Positions 9,960-20,754 of a stretch of 64,000 bases of DNA are shown here, piece after piece. The stretch's first letter is position 1; each line of letters begins with the position of its first letter. The position numbers and the translations under genes are program-made. This stretch comes from a virus (Duplodnaviria; Caudoviricetes): positions 1 to 64,000 of the IMG/VR virus record IMGVR_UViG_3300001580_000013; one strand, 5' to 3'. Under the pieces are notes generated by a model. The model did not search any database. It was not told the origin of the DNA and was given only the letters and a program-made list of their open reading frames with translations.

Positions 9960-11381
9960 ATGAAAAGATACGAAATGGAGCAAACTACAACGATAAACAA
10001 TATAAGATCAAACCTCAATGAGGTTTTGAAAAATTTAGATAAATTCGGATATAGCAATTTTTTGAAAAATAATTATTTCAAAAATAAATTGGCTTATGGC
10101 GCAGATACCCTACTCGGAAATTGGTTTGATCCGGATTTAAATACAGATGACACCCAAAGTGGATGGGATTATGTTGGCGTTAAAACAGAAGCAGATAAAT
10201 ATAAATTTTATACAGACAATTCTTTTGCTTTAATGAGAACTGCTCCAGCAACAGAAAGAAGTGTTGCTCAATTTATTTCTTTCACAGATGCAGAAAGATT
10301 AGCAAATGATGGAAGATTTAATTTATCTGTATTCTTTATTAAAAGTCTTGATTCGGAAAATTTGGATATAACCCTTGAATATTACAGTGCTCTCAATACT
10401 TGGACTGAAGTTACGGAACTTGATACTGTATCAGAAGAAATTTCTACGGATTATGTTAATTCTTATGATTTAGATGGTGCGGCTGCTAATATGGTATATA
10501 TTCAAACAACGAAAGTTTATGATATATCTGATGTGGCGGTCATTGGTGGAGGAACAGAGCAACTCAGAGTAAAAATAACCACCACTGATACGGCAGAATG
10601 GAAAATTTTATGCAATACCGTAGCTTATTTTGGTAATATGGATGCTTCGAGTTTCATAAGAAATAATAATTCCAGTTCAGAAATTTTTACTTATGATACT
10701 GATGCAAATGATTATTATTACACAACAGACGGGAAAGACAAAGTTTATCTGTCAAGTGGAAAATACATAATCACAGTCGGAGAATATGGGCAATATAACA
10801 CATTAAATTTGGCGATAGCGAGCATAGCGAATGATAACAGTTCTTTTGGAAACAGCAGAATTATTTATTTAACGAATAATACAGCATTAACAACCAATGT
10901 AAGTATTCCGAGTAATGTTACAATTATGGGAAATGGTTATAGTATAGATACACTTACTTTCACATTAAACGTAAAAGGCGCATCTGGCGAAGCAAATTTA
11001 ATTAAAAATGTTAACATAGAAAATGTTTTATTCACATCTACAACAAATGCCAACAATGCCATTAACATGATTTTATTAGAATACGCCAAAAACTGTAGTT
11101 TAAAAAATTGTAAATTGGACGGGGATTTTAGATTTACCAATCCTGTTAAAATAAACAATTGTGATGAATGTGATATTCATTTCTTTCAGTTTTCCGATTA
11201 TGGAGAAGGCGGTACACCAACTGGAAAAGGAATTTATTTAACTACATGTACGTGTAATAAATTATATATTCAGAACTTATTGCTATCTGTCACTGGCTCT
11301 TCTACTGATTTATTTGGTGTTGAACTTGGTATTGGGTGTTCGGACAACGAAATTTCGATACAACATTTTGAGGAAGCATAA
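9960..11381 (+). CDS. tailspike/fibre-like protein with C-terminal beta-helix
   Basis: GEYGQYNTLNLAIASI followed by NVNIENV/KNCSLKNC/NCDEC parallel beta-helix-like repeats. Confidence 0.55.
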   Translation: MKRYEMEQTTTINNIRSNLNEVLKNLDKFGYSNFLKNNYFKNKLAYGADTLLGNWFDPDLNTDDTQSGWDYVGVKTEADKYKFYTDNSFALMRTAPATERSVAQFISFTDAERLANDGRFNLSVFFIKSLDSENLDITLEYYSALNTWTEVTELDTVSEEISTDYVNSYDLDGAAANMVYIQTTKVYDISDVAVIGGGTEQLRVKITTTDTAEWKILCNTVAYFGNMDASSFIRNNNSSSEIFTYDTDANDYYYTTDGKDKVYLSSGKYIITVGEYGQYNTLNLAIASIANDNSSFGNSRIIYLTNNTALTTNVSIPSNVTIMGNGYSIDTLTFTLNVKGASGEANLIKNVNIENVLFTSTTNANNAINMILLEYAKNCSLKNCKLDGDFRFTNPVKINNCDECDIHFFQFSDYGEGGTPTGKGIYLTTCTCNKLYIQNLLLSVTGSSTDLFGVELGIGCSDNEISIQHFEEA

Positions 11382-11384
11382 TAA

Positions 11385-13520
11385 ATGAGCAAAATTTATA
11401 AAAATAATAGTAATGATGGTGTAAATTTATTCGTTGGTGGTCGTGGTATAACAAACTCCGTAATAGATAATAATTTAAACGATATCCTTCACGATAATTA
11501 TTTCTTTTTTGATGCGACCAACGATTATTATATAGATTGTGGAACAGATGCTTATGACGCCACTTACCCCAGCTTTGCCACCAGACGACACACCATATCG
11601 TTTAAAATAATGGTAAGCGAAATTGATAAAGAATATGTTTTATTTGATAAAAATAATGGAACAGACGACCATTATATGAAAGTTTGGATATCTGGAGCAA
11701 CGAATAAGATAAATATATCAAACAAAAGTCCTAGCACAGCAGAAGAAATTCTCGAAACAACAAACGCTATAATAAGTGTTACGGATATAGATACTCCCAT
11801 TACCATATCTATTGGTTGTTTAGAAAAAGGCCTTTTCGGAACATATTATAATCAGTTTAAAATCTTCAAAAATGGTGTGCTTATACAAGAGATAACATCA
11901 ACAACCCCGATTTTTAATTTTGACAAAACTAATGTCAACAGATACATGAAAATTGGAACAGATAGTTATACAACAGATTGGTATTTAAAAGAAGTGTGGA
12001 TATATTCTCAACTCCTTTATGCTGAAAATTTGATAGAATATCACAATAACGGTGTATTAGCGATTCAAATTCCATATTCTTATATAATATATAATATGGC
12101 AAATCAAAATGATTATGATTCCGTGATATATAATTCTGGAACATTTTTATCCGCAGGAAACGGTACATTGATAAAAACTTTAGGAGATTACGATGGTTTT
12201 TATATCGTAGCATCATATACAATAAACGAAAAATCGTATTATAAAATATTTGACACAAATATAAACAACAACATATTATCAACAAAAAATATATATAAAA
12301 GCTCAGAAGATGTAGAAGGTATTTATTCTGTCCCTAGCTGTGAATATTTAAGTTCTCGATTTTATACTTATAGAGAAGAAGCAAGAACCCACGCCCAAAG
12401 CGAAACAAATGAATCGTTTGGGTATAACATAAACGATGATTATTATACCAATTATATGTGTTGCGGAACGAGATTATATGTTCCTTGGTTCTTTTTATAT
12501 GATGCTAGACCGTTTGTTGATACCGCAACCGGCGGTTGTATAAATATTGAAATACGTAAGTCAAATAATGTTAATAGCACCGTAGCAGCCCAATACGGAA
12601 AAACCGATGGAATGAGATTATGGATGGAAAATTTTCAAAGAAAATTAACTGGTGCATATAGAAATGGTTCACAGCTTCCGTCAGATTATGACCACAGTGT
12701 TCAATATTCAACAAATAAAAAAACATTAGCTAAAGAGTACCCATTATATCCTTATACTTGGCATCCAAATAGATATCCGATTTGGAACATTGTAGATTAT
12801 TTTTATGACGGCATGGATATTTATGCGCATTATGTAGATGTAATAGACTCGGAATACACAGGACATCGATATTTTGATTTGAAAATATATAATAATTCTA
12901 TAGAAAAATTTACTCAAATGGGAAGTAATTCGTACACACCTCAATCAGGTTTAACAAGCACACCAAAAGAATTTGATGTTAGACTGTGGACTAAAGTGGC
13001 AAATTATTATAATAAACCCCACAACGGCGCAATGAGAGTTCCTTTTGGAACTTATCAAATTTTGTTTAATGTCAATCATTCGTTAAAAAGAACATCAGAA
13101 TACAATTGGAATTTATTACCATTTAAAAAAGTAGTTACAACTGGATATATGGTTTATGTTTGTGATACAACAACTAATAAATACGATATAATAAAAACTT
13201 ATTGGAATTATGATGATTCTGAAATAGATATGACAACTTTACCATCTCAAGAAAATCCGGAAGATTGGTATAAAACCAATATTAGCTCTCAATATACCTT
13301 TTTAACACTACCGGAATTAGATAGTTCTAAGTTTTATGTTATTCAACCGTTGTATTCTAATATTATATTGGCTGGACAAACCAATTTATTCCCAACACAC
13401 GCCTCAAACGGAGATAAACCAGACACAATGGTTTTTAATGGTTATGTTCCCAACAAAGCTAATATAGACAAATTAATCCCAAAAACTAATGTGTCAATTC
13501 AATTCAAAAAAATTCTATAA
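11385..13520 (+). CDS. structural protein with N-terminal LamG/ConA-like domain
   Basis: YIDCG...TISFKI...KIFKNGVLI...LKEVWIYS...LIEYHN LamG-like pattern. Confidence 0.55.
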   Translation: MSKIYKNNSNDGVNLFVGGRGITNSVIDNNLNDILHDNYFFFDATNDYYIDCGTDAYDATYPSFATRRHTISFKIMVSEIDKEYVLFDKNNGTDDHYMKVWISGATNKINISNKSPSTAEEILETTNAIISVTDIDTPITISIGCLEKGLFGTYYNQFKIFKNGVLIQEITSTTPIFNFDKTNVNRYMKIGTDSYTTDWYLKEVWIYSQLLYAENLIEYHNNGVLAIQIPYSYIIYNMANQNDYDSVIYNSGTFLSAGNGTLIKTLGDYDGFYIVASYTINEKSYYKIFDTNINNNILSTKNIYKSSEDVEGIYSVPSCEYLSSRFYTYREEARTHAQSETNESFGYNINDDYYTNYMCCGTRLYVPWFFLYDARPFVDTATGGCINIEIRKSNNVNSTVAAQYGKTDGMRLWMENFQRKLTGAYRNGSQLPSDYDHSVQYSTNKKTLAKEYPLYPYTWHPNRYPIWNIVDYFYDGMDIYAHYVDVIDSEYTGHRYFDLKIYNNSIEKFTQMGSNSYTPQSGLTSTPKEFDVRLWTKVANYYNKPHNGAMRVPFGTYQILFNVNHSLKRTSEYNWNLLPFKKVVTTGYMVYVCDTTTNKYDIIKTYWNYDDSEIDMTTLPSQENPEDWYKTNISSQYTFLTLPELDSSKFYVIQPLYSNIILAGQTNLFPTHASNGDKPDTMVFNGYVPNKANIDKLIPKTNVSIQFKKIL

Positions 13521-13531
13521 GGTAAAATATA

Positions 13532-14461
13532 ATGAGTAAAGCAATAAAAACAACAACACAAACAGATTCTAATAACTCAATTAAAATTTCTCCTGATATA
13601 ACGGAAGAAAAAATTGATATTGGTGATAATGATGTTTTAGACTCACATAAAGTATTAGAAGAAAATCAAAATTATTCTCAATTTTTGACAACAGATTGTA
13701 TAACGGAAGATTCGTCTAATGATAGTTCTGTAAAGGTGTTGGCAATGTCTGGCTTTAGAGAATATGAAAATCAAATAATGGAAATCATCACAGGTTCATA
13801 CAATAACAATGTTGCCACAATTGTATATACCGATGCATCAGATTTAACAACATCAGAATTATATAATATAATTCACAACGGGACTGTAACATTATCTGGT
13901 GGTTCTACATATTTTAAAGAAGACGATAGTACATTTGTGGCAATTGACACAAACACCGGTGCTGCTCCAGAGAATTTATTCGGAATTGATGCAATTAACA
14001 CAGCACACAACACGGTTCTTAAAATAAACAAAACTGGATGGTACAGATTAACATATTCATTACATTTCAATTTATCAATTGACCCCGCTGCTGTTGAAGT
14101 GGCTTTCACACCCTATGTTAAAATGATTAGAGGAAAAAGTGATGGCGGAGGAACACCCAAATTAATACACCATTCAAGCATTACGGTTTTGCAGGCGGCA
14201 GAACCAATACCAACAGCAACAGCATATTATCCATCTTTTATAGTAAATGAATGGGACGAAATAACTGACACTTTTACAGACACAACCCCATATTTTTATA
14301 ACATAACTGGTCAAGCAACATTTAGATATGATAATTTTGTGGACGAATACTTGGGGATATTTATTGGTATAGACAATAGTGCAGATAGTCTAACATTTAA
14401 CACAGTGGATGGCACTAATAAAGTTTATTGTGTTGTAAACATTGAAAATATTGGTGTTTAA
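13532..14461 (+). CDS. virion structural protein (C-terminal TNF/C1q-like tip possible)
   Basis: Late operon; INKTGWYRLTYSLHF motif typical of fibre-tip domains. Confidence 0.45.
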   Translation: MSKAIKTTTQTDSNNSIKISPDITEEKIDIGDNDVLDSHKVLEENQNYSQFLTTDCITEDSSNDSSVKVLAMSGFREYENQIMEIITGSYNNNVATIVYTDASDLTTSELYNIIHNGTVTLSGGSTYFKEDDSTFVAIDTNTGAAPENLFGIDAINTAHNTVLKINKTGWYRLTYSLHFNLSIDPAAVEVAFTPYVKMIRGKSDGGGTPKLIHHSSITVLQAAEPIPTATAYYPSFIVNEWDEITDTFTDTTPYFYNITGQATFRYDNFVDEYLGIFIGIDNSADSLTFNTVDGTNKVYCVVNIENIGV

Positions 14462-14462
14462 A

Positions 14463-14738
14463 ATGAATCTAAAAAATCAATTTAATATTTTGTTGAAAGA
14501 AAATCTCATGACATCGGGTCACAGCAAAGAGAAAAAATTCACAAAAGAGAAAGCTGATCCAAGACAACTTGAAATTGGAATATTAGTAGAAAGGGAACAT
14601 TCAGAAATAATATCAGAAAGAACCAAAATTTCTTTAGATCATCTGTCAGGTAATCCGCAATATTACACAATTTTAATAGAAGCCGGTTTAGTAGATGAAC
14701 AGGATGCACTGGATTTATACGAAAAGTTTTATAAATAA
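14463..14738 (+). CDS. DUF5661-like protein
   Basis: LEIGILVEREH...ISLDHLSGNPQYYTIL matches G..VE.EH...DHL...P.YYT.L pattern; start likely ATG 14463. Confidence 0.6.
   Translation: MNLKNQFNILLKENLMTSGHSKEKKFTKEKADPRQLEIGILVEREHSEIISERTKISLDHLSGNPQYYTILIEAGLVDEQDALDLYEKFYK
14730..14737 (+). promoter_or_regulatory. T4-type late promoter
   Basis: TATAAATA 19 nt before gp25-like gene. Confidence 0.7.
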
Positions 14739-14756
14739 TAAGAAAAGGAAATTAAC

Positions 14757-15113
14757 GTGCTGATTGATATTCCAAAAAATTTCACGGGAACAGGAAAAGA
14801 CACCTATTTGTTGTCTTTTGATTATGCTGTTACTGAGGAAGTTAAAAATATTTTGGGAACTATGATGTTCAGCAAATTACATACTCCTTATTTCGGAACG
14901 GTATTGTATGATTATTTATTTGCTCCATTATCGCCGGGAATAATTTCGATCATCCAGAAAATAATTAAAGAGGTAATAACCACGAACTGTAAATATGTTA
15001 GTAATGTTTCTTCTACTGTAAACATTCAAGACGATGTATTAAACATTAAACTGATACTTACAACACCACAAAGTACCATAGAAACCAATACAAGATTTTA
15101 TTTAAAAAATTAA
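14757..15113 (+). CDS. baseplate wedge protein gp25-like
   Basis: PYFGTVLYDYLFAPL motif (P.FG..l..llFE.), size ~118 aa. Confidence 0.8.
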   Translation: MLIDIPKNFTGTGKDTYLLSFDYAVTEEVKNILGTMMFSKLHTPYFGTVLYDYLFAPLSPGIISIIQKIIKEVITTNCKYVSNVSSTVNIQDDVLNIKLILTTPQSTIETNTRFYLKN

Positions 15114-15122
15114 GGATAAAAA

Positions 15123-16100
15123 ATGAAAACAAACGAACAAATACTAATGGAAAACTATCAGAATATCATAGTTGAAAATGATGAAGTTGAAGTCGCTGAA
15201 TGGGAAAAGTGGATCATGGATGCAAATGAGAATGATGACAACACCTATGAATATGTTGATAAAAAAATGAAAGAAGCCAATGAATTGTTTGGTGGTTATG
15301 GAGTTGAACCTTTGCAAGATGAAGATGCTTATGTGAATAAATATTGGTATAACACAATAGCTCTTTATGTTAATATGGGAGATACTTATGACTTGACCAT
15401 ATTATATGATACGGAAAATGAAATTTTTGTGGTTACTTCAATGGGTGATTTCTATGAAAATTGGAGAAATGAAAATGAATCAGAAGAAAAGGAAGTGACT
15501 TTTAATGATTTAGACGAATCCACAGAATTTCAGAATTTCTATGTAACTTCAAATTCCGATAACACAGTTCTATGTAAATATGATAAATGGTGTGCTGGTC
15601 CGGAAGAAGAAAAAGTAAGATGGTTCAGAACTCATAAAGCAGCAAAGAAATATATTGAGAAAAAACACTTCGGAAATGTTTCTATAAAAGATAATGATGA
15701 TACTTATAGTCAACCTGATAAGGAAGAAACAGAAACGGAAAATTTGGAAGAAAACTTTGATAGAAAAAGTCCCGGAACTTACTTGAATGAATCTGATATA
15801 GAAGGTGATGCAAAAGACAAAAACTATCAATACAATAAAGCGGTTAGAAATAGAGACAGAGAAGAAAATCCGAACAGGAAATATATAAATGATCTTTCTG
15901 GATATTACATAGTAACATACACTCGAGGAGCACTTAGAAAGACAAATTATAAAGATGCCTTGCTCTTTGCTAAATCTCTCGTTAAATCTGGAGAAAACAG
16001 TGTTTCTATAATGTACAAAGATGACATTGAATCAGAATTAAAAACAATTGATCGGTGGTTAAAAGGCGAAAGAATAGTAAATTTGAAAAGAGAGAAATAA
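15123..16100 (+). CDS. acidic protein, probable internal head protein
   Basis: N-terminal LMENYQNIIVE propeptide-like; very acidic. Confidence 0.55.
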   Translation: MKTNEQILMENYQNIIVENDEVEVAEWEKWIMDANENDDNTYEYVDKKMKEANELFGGYGVEPLQDEDAYVNKYWYNTIALYVNMGDTYDLTILYDTENEIFVVTSMGDFYENWRNENESEEKEVTFNDLDESTEFQNFYVTSNSDNTVLCKYDKWCAGPEEEKVRWFRTHKAAKKYIEKKHFGNVSIKDNDDTYSQPDKEETETENLEENFDRKSPGTYLNESDIEGDAKDKNYQYNKAVRNRDREENPNRKYINDLSGYYIVTYTRGALRKTNYKDALLFAKSLVKSGENSVSIMYKDDIESELKTIDRWLKGERIVNLKREK

Positions 16101-16436
16101 ATGCCATTACTAAACGAAAGCTATGAAGAATTTGTATTAAACGAAAACACCAATCTTGAATATAAAGATTTCTTTGGAAAAAAAGTATCTCACACCGAAG
16201 CATTCAAAGAAAGAATTAATTCAGCCATAATAGATATCATAATGAATGAAAGAAAAGTATCAGAAAAATCATTCAAAGAATATGATAACATAATAAATGA
16301 AGTGAAACAAAAATGCAAAGAGTGTTATGATATCTATAAAGTTGCGAATGATCTATATAATTCAGGAAAAAGAATACCATATATAGCGGAACAATTATAC
16401 GATACTTATTTTGTTGAGGATAAAAATGCAAATTAA
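16101..16436 (+). CDS. probable internal head protein
   Basis: N-terminus MPLLNESYEEFVLNE resembles T4 capsid-targeting sequence. Confidence 0.55.
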   Translation: MPLLNESYEEFVLNENTNLEYKDFFGKKVSHTEAFKERINSAIIDIIMNERKVSEKSFKEYDNIINEVKQKCKECYDIYKVANDLYNSGKRIPYIAEQLYDTYFVEDKNAN

Positions 16437-16884
16437 CGAAAGCTATCACGAATATTTAATAGAAGAAGAAAAAGACCCAATAGAACAAGAATATAAAGTT
16501 TTTCTTGGTGGTACTTGCAATGATTCAACTTGGAGAGATGAACTGATGCCGATGTTGGATATAGATTATTTTAATCCTGTGGTTGATGACTGGGATAACG
16601 AAGCCATGAAAGAAGAAGAAAGACAAAAAACAATTTGTAAATTTCATCTTTATGTAATTACCCCCAATATTACCGGATTTTATTCTATTGCTGAATTAGT
16701 AGAAAGTGCTATGATAAATCCAGAAACTACTATATTCTGTTGGCTCGCGGAGTACGATGACAAAGAATTTAATAAAGCTCAAATTAAATCATTCGGAGCA
16801 ATAGAAGATTTGTTGGATAGAAATGGATGCAAAAACATATTTAATACTTTAGATGATGTAGCGGATTTCCTGAATAATATATAA
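16426..16884 (+). CDS. nucleoside 2-deoxyribosyltransferase-like protein (Nuc_deoxyri_tr2 type) with capsid-targeting-like N-terminus
   Basis: KVFLGGTC...WR...YFNPVVDDW...E...GFYSIAE; start ATG 16426 with GAGGA SD. Confidence 0.8.
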   Translation: MQINESYHEYLIEEEKDPIEQEYKVFLGGTCNDSTWRDELMPMLDIDYFNPVVDDWDNEAMKEEERQKTICKFHLYVITPNITGFYSIAELVESAMINPETTIFCWLAEYDDKEFNKAQIKSFGAIEDLLDRNGCKNIFNTLDDVADFLNNI

Positions 16885-16907
16885 CACAAATAAAAAGAGG
16901 AACATAA

Positions 16908-19691
16908 ATGTCTGATATATCTTTAAATTTGTCGCTGTTGAAACATAGTGATATCAGGGAACAAATAAAACAATATTTAAAAGATAAGTATGATATAACC
17001 TACACCGATGGTAGTAATTTTAATTATATTGTAGAAACTCTTTCTATTTTAAATATGTATATGAGTTATCAATTAACTACTGTAGCAAAGAATTTAACTC
17101 TATCCGCCGTCAATGATCGTTCTATCGCTGTTTCAAATGCACAGCGACTTGGTTATACAACTAAGAAAATTATCCCAGCAACAATCAGTGGAAATTTTAA
17201 AATAAGTATAACATCAGCAACACTTTCGATGACTGGAATAAAACTCGCTGGATCAGTTACCGGTTTAAATTTTGTTGTAGATGACATAGCAATAACAGAC
17301 CTTTCAGAATATGAAATTGGAACAAATTTATATTCAGTTCCTTTTCAAGCAAAACAGGTTGAACAACGAACAATTAAAACAAAACTTCCGTCATCTTTAA
17401 AAATTTATATTGATAGTGATAAAATTGCAGAAGAAGAAATAACAGTAACGGTTGGTGGAACACTTTATGAAAATTATAATTCATTTGATGCTATTCCATC
17501 CTCTACTGATGAAGTTTTCTTTATTTCAGAGGACACAGAAAAAGAAGGCAGACTTTACATTGAATTTGGAAATGGTGTTATTGGTGCAAGCGTAGCAACA
17601 GATACAGAAGTTGCAGTTGTTTATTATGTTTCAGAAGGATCAAATGGAAACGAAGAAACAGATTTAACATTAACTGGTTATACCCCTGTTCCCGCTCTTG
17701 ATGATATAACAATAACAGATACCCTATTTTCTTATGGCGGAAGAAGCAGAGAAACCATAGAAGAAATAAAATCAAATGCTCCCAGATATTATTCAACTAA
17801 AAATCGTCTTGTAACAGCAAAAGATTATGATGCTTTACTGAAAAAATTGGTAGATACCGATATAAGATACTTTTCTATTATAGATATGTACAGTACAGAA
17901 AATATCGAAAATTTTTATAAACTCGGAAATATTTATATCAGCATTGTTCCCGATGATATTTACACCACGAATAATGTTATAGCTGATGTGATCACAAATG
18001 GTCAAACTTTACCGTATGAATACATTAACAACATAACCTATAGTGATGCTGTTATAGAAAGTTTATTGGCTAACTACGAAGATAATTTCATAATTTCAAC
18101 AAACAGGGTTATAATTTCTCCAACTTATTTGTATATGGATATTTATCCTTACATTGAATTTGCTAATAAAAGTTATAACATCAATCAATACAACATTGAT
18201 AATCTTCCAACTTTTTTAGAATATGGGCAAGATATAGAAGGTCTTAATTCAACTTTTAGAGAAGAAGATTTTAAATCTCTTATTATGGAAGATTCTAAGG
18301 TCAAAAGTGTTGATGTGAATGTTGATTTTTCAATTTTAACGAACAAGACAAATATTTTGGATACTTACTTTTTGTCTCTACCGAAAAACTTTATAATTTC
18401 AACCAGAGATGCAAGAGATATTGATAATAAATATTTGGGATATTCATACAACTTGGTCGATATGCCAGATACGAGAAAATCTGTTTATGGTGTTTTGGAT
18501 GAATCAACTGAAGGATTTGTTAGAACACTGGTATCAGACAACACGACATCCGAAAATAGCACAATGCTGGCTCATGAATTAATTATAACAGTCCCGGAAA
18601 CATTATCAGATATTGATACTTTTGATTACTATAAATCTATGAGCTATGATATAATAAATCCTGATGGAAGTTTGAATAGCATTGTAGTAAAAACGAGAAC
18701 AGATTATAACACTGATGATCCTTATTATTTTCCTTTAATAACGGGAACAGGAACAGATTCGGATAAAATTCCTGTAACATATGATGAGGGGTCAAGTTCT
18801 TATAACACAACAACAAATATAACTGATGAAGAAAAATTCTTTGTTTATTATAAAAGTAATTCTACTCATTATTTATTGGCTACCATAAGTTACAGTGAAG
18901 TCAACGACATCGTTTCTTACAATATAAATTACCGATCAGTTACTTCTTCCTCAAATTCAACTTTATACAACATTCTATACAACAATAATTTAGTGATGAA
19001 AAACGGGCGTTCTTTCCTCGGAGTGATAGATTACACCTATAATCTAAGCGATAGCGAAATTGAAGAGCCAACAACAAAAATTTCGATGTATTTGCTGTCT
19101 AATGACAGTGTTGAACAACAGGATGAATATATAAAAATAAAAAGCAGAAAAATTATAGGAACATTATACACAACAGCAAATAAAAAAATGATGATCAGAG
19201 AGGTACAGTCTCCATTCGCTTCCCCAACAAAAACAGAAGATGCAAAATATGAATATCTAACATTCACAGTTGATACAGGTGATACAGTTCTGATTTTAAG
19301 GAAAAATAAAGCAACTGGATTAATTGAACTTGATAAGAGTACAACCGTTGCTTATCCGGGTGATGTTGCTTATGTAAATTTTAAGGATCACACCTTTGAA
19401 ATAATAAACAATGTTCTCTATTGTGTGGAAACTATTCATAATACAATCATCGGATATAACAATAAATCTGAAGGAAGACTTGTTTTTAATGATTTGGTGT
19501 ATTATAACAACACCTATAACACCCTGCACACTTTTTTTGATACTTATGGTATCATGGATGGATCATGTTACAGATTGAATATCAGAAATGATTTTGAAAT
19601 AAGTGACGAAAAATTAAAATATCTGAATAACATAGATGGTCAAGGTGGAATTTGCTGCTTGTATAATATTCATAATGCGGTGAAAATGTAA
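16908..19691 (+). CDS. baseplate wedge protein gp6-like
   Basis: IKQYLK...GSNFNYIVETL...AQRLGY, IEFGNGVIG, GGRSRETIEEIKSNAPRYYSTKNRLVTAKDY. Confidence 0.9.
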   Translation: MSDISLNLSLLKHSDIREQIKQYLKDKYDITYTDGSNFNYIVETLSILNMYMSYQLTTVAKNLTLSAVNDRSIAVSNAQRLGYTTKKIIPATISGNFKISITSATLSMTGIKLAGSVTGLNFVVDDIAITDLSEYEIGTNLYSVPFQAKQVEQRTIKTKLPSSLKIYIDSDKIAEEEITVTVGGTLYENYNSFDAIPSSTDEVFFISEDTEKEGRLYIEFGNGVIGASVATDTEVAVVYYVSEGSNGNEETDLTLTGYTPVPALDDITITDTLFSYGGRSRETIEEIKSNAPRYYSTKNRLVTAKDYDALLKKLVDTDIRYFSIIDMYSTENIENFYKLGNIYISIVPDDIYTTNNVIADVITNGQTLPYEYINNITYSDAVIESLLANYEDNFIISTNRVIISPTYLYMDIYPYIEFANKSYNINQYNIDNLPTFLEYGQDIEGLNSTFREEDFKSLIMEDSKVKSVDVNVDFSILTNKTNILDTYFLSLPKNFIISTRDARDIDNKYLGYSYNLVDMPDTRKSVYGVLDESTEGFVRTLVSDNTTSENSTMLAHELIITVPETLSDIDTFDYYKSMSYDIINPDGSLNSIVVKTRTDYNTDDPYYFPLITGTGTDSDKIPVTYDEGSSSYNTTTNITDEEKFFVYYKSNSTHYLLATISYSEVNDIVSYNINYRSVTSSSNSTLYNILYNNNLVMKNGRSFLGVIDYTYNLSDSEIEEPTTKISMYLLSNDSVEQQDEYIKIKSRKIIGTLYTTANKKMMIREVQSPFASPTKTEDAKYEYLTFTVDTGDTVLILRKNKATGLIELDKSTTVAYPGDVAYVNFKDHTFEIINNVLYCVETIHNTIIGYNNKSEGRLVFNDLVYYNNTYNTLHTFFDTYGIMDGSCYRLNIRNDFEISDEKLKYLNNIDGQGGICCLYNIHNAVKM

Positions 19692-20332
19692 TGAAAATAG
19701 ATATACTAAAAAATATTAAAAATTTTATTTACTGTGATGAGGTAGGAACTGTTATGCCTTTTTGGCAGCCAGTTGGTGTGGTTGCTGGTGCAGACGATTA
19801 TCCAGAAAGCTATATCGAATATCTAAAAGATGGCGGAACAAATATTTATTATTATGAAGTGAAACCTGTTATAGAATATTCCCATACACTTGATCCCGCT
19901 TCTGATATTTCTTTTTATATCGGATTTGAAAAGTCGGTTAAAATAGACAACATTGAATTAGATGTATCAGGAACTTTTGGAAACATAACTCTAAATTATA
20001 GTATGTGTAATTGGAGATATGGATACGAAGATGATCCTAAATTTGATAATTTTAGTTGGTTTGATACCACTACATATTTGAACAGAGAAAAAACTTTCTT
20101 TAATGAACAGGAATGTATGACCCTAAAATTAACTTTTACGGATGTTTCGTCTTTGGTATTAAATGATATAATAATAAATTCCGAAGAAAATATTATTATA
20201 CCTGTTGATGTTTTAAATGATTTTGTTTTTGAATCGTTCTCTTCAAACAATATTCTTTCGATTTACAAAGACACAGATATAAAAACCACTATTCAAAGAT
20301 ACAACACCATGATGAACGAAGAAAACGCTTAA
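19691..20332 (+). CDS. hypothetical structural protein
   Basis: Coupled to gp6-like gene; last gene of late operon. Confidence 0.6.
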   Translation: MKIDILKNIKNFIYCDEVGTVMPFWQPVGVVAGADDYPESYIEYLKDGGTNIYYYEVKPVIEYSHTLDPASDISFYIGFEKSVKIDNIELDVSGTFGNITLNYSMCNWRYGYEDDPKFDNFSWFDTTTYLNREKTFFNEQECMTLKLTFTDVSSLVLNDIIINSEENIIIPVDVLNDFVFESFSSNNILSIYKDTDIKTTIQRYNTMMNEENA

Positions 20333-20694
20333 TTATCTTTTACAATTTTTAAATTTTTAATTCCAAGTTTCTTTTCGATCTCGGCAATGGTCATGACAGT
20401 TTCTTTGTTGATTTCTTCTATAGACCAAATTAAATCATAAGATGAATCACCAGTAAACTTGCGCTCGTCAAAATTTGTTTTGAGATAATGTGCTGGGAGA
20501 AGTGGCTGATATATTTTATCTATTGCATATCCACTGCACCAATCTTTTATATATGTTTCTTTTCTCATCGAAAACCATGTTCCGCCGGCAATTATATCAC
20601 CAAATTCTGTATTTCTTAAAACATGCCCAATTGTTCCATCTTTAAAGCAAATAGCCATACCAGTTTTCAGTTCTTCCGTTTTCATGTTTTTCAT
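20329..20694 (-). CDS. hypothetical SH3/KOW-like protein
   Basis: ELKTGMAICFKDG; C-terminal MTIAEIEKKLGIKNLKIV motif. Confidence 0.65.
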   Translation of the reverse strand: MKNMKTEELKTGMAICFKDGTIGHVLRNTEFGDIIAGGTWFSMRKETYIKDWCSGYAIDKIYQPLLPAHYLKTNFDERKFTGDSSYDLIWSIEEINKETVMTIAEIEKKLGIKNLKIVKDN

Positions 20695-20754
20695 TTATAC
20701 CCCCTTTAATTTTACTTTTAAATTCAATGACAATATAAACAAATTAAAATTAAA

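Noticed and set aside
12539-12546. TATAAATA inside the LamG gene
   Set aside because: Mid-gene with no nearby start; expected by chance in AT-rich DNA
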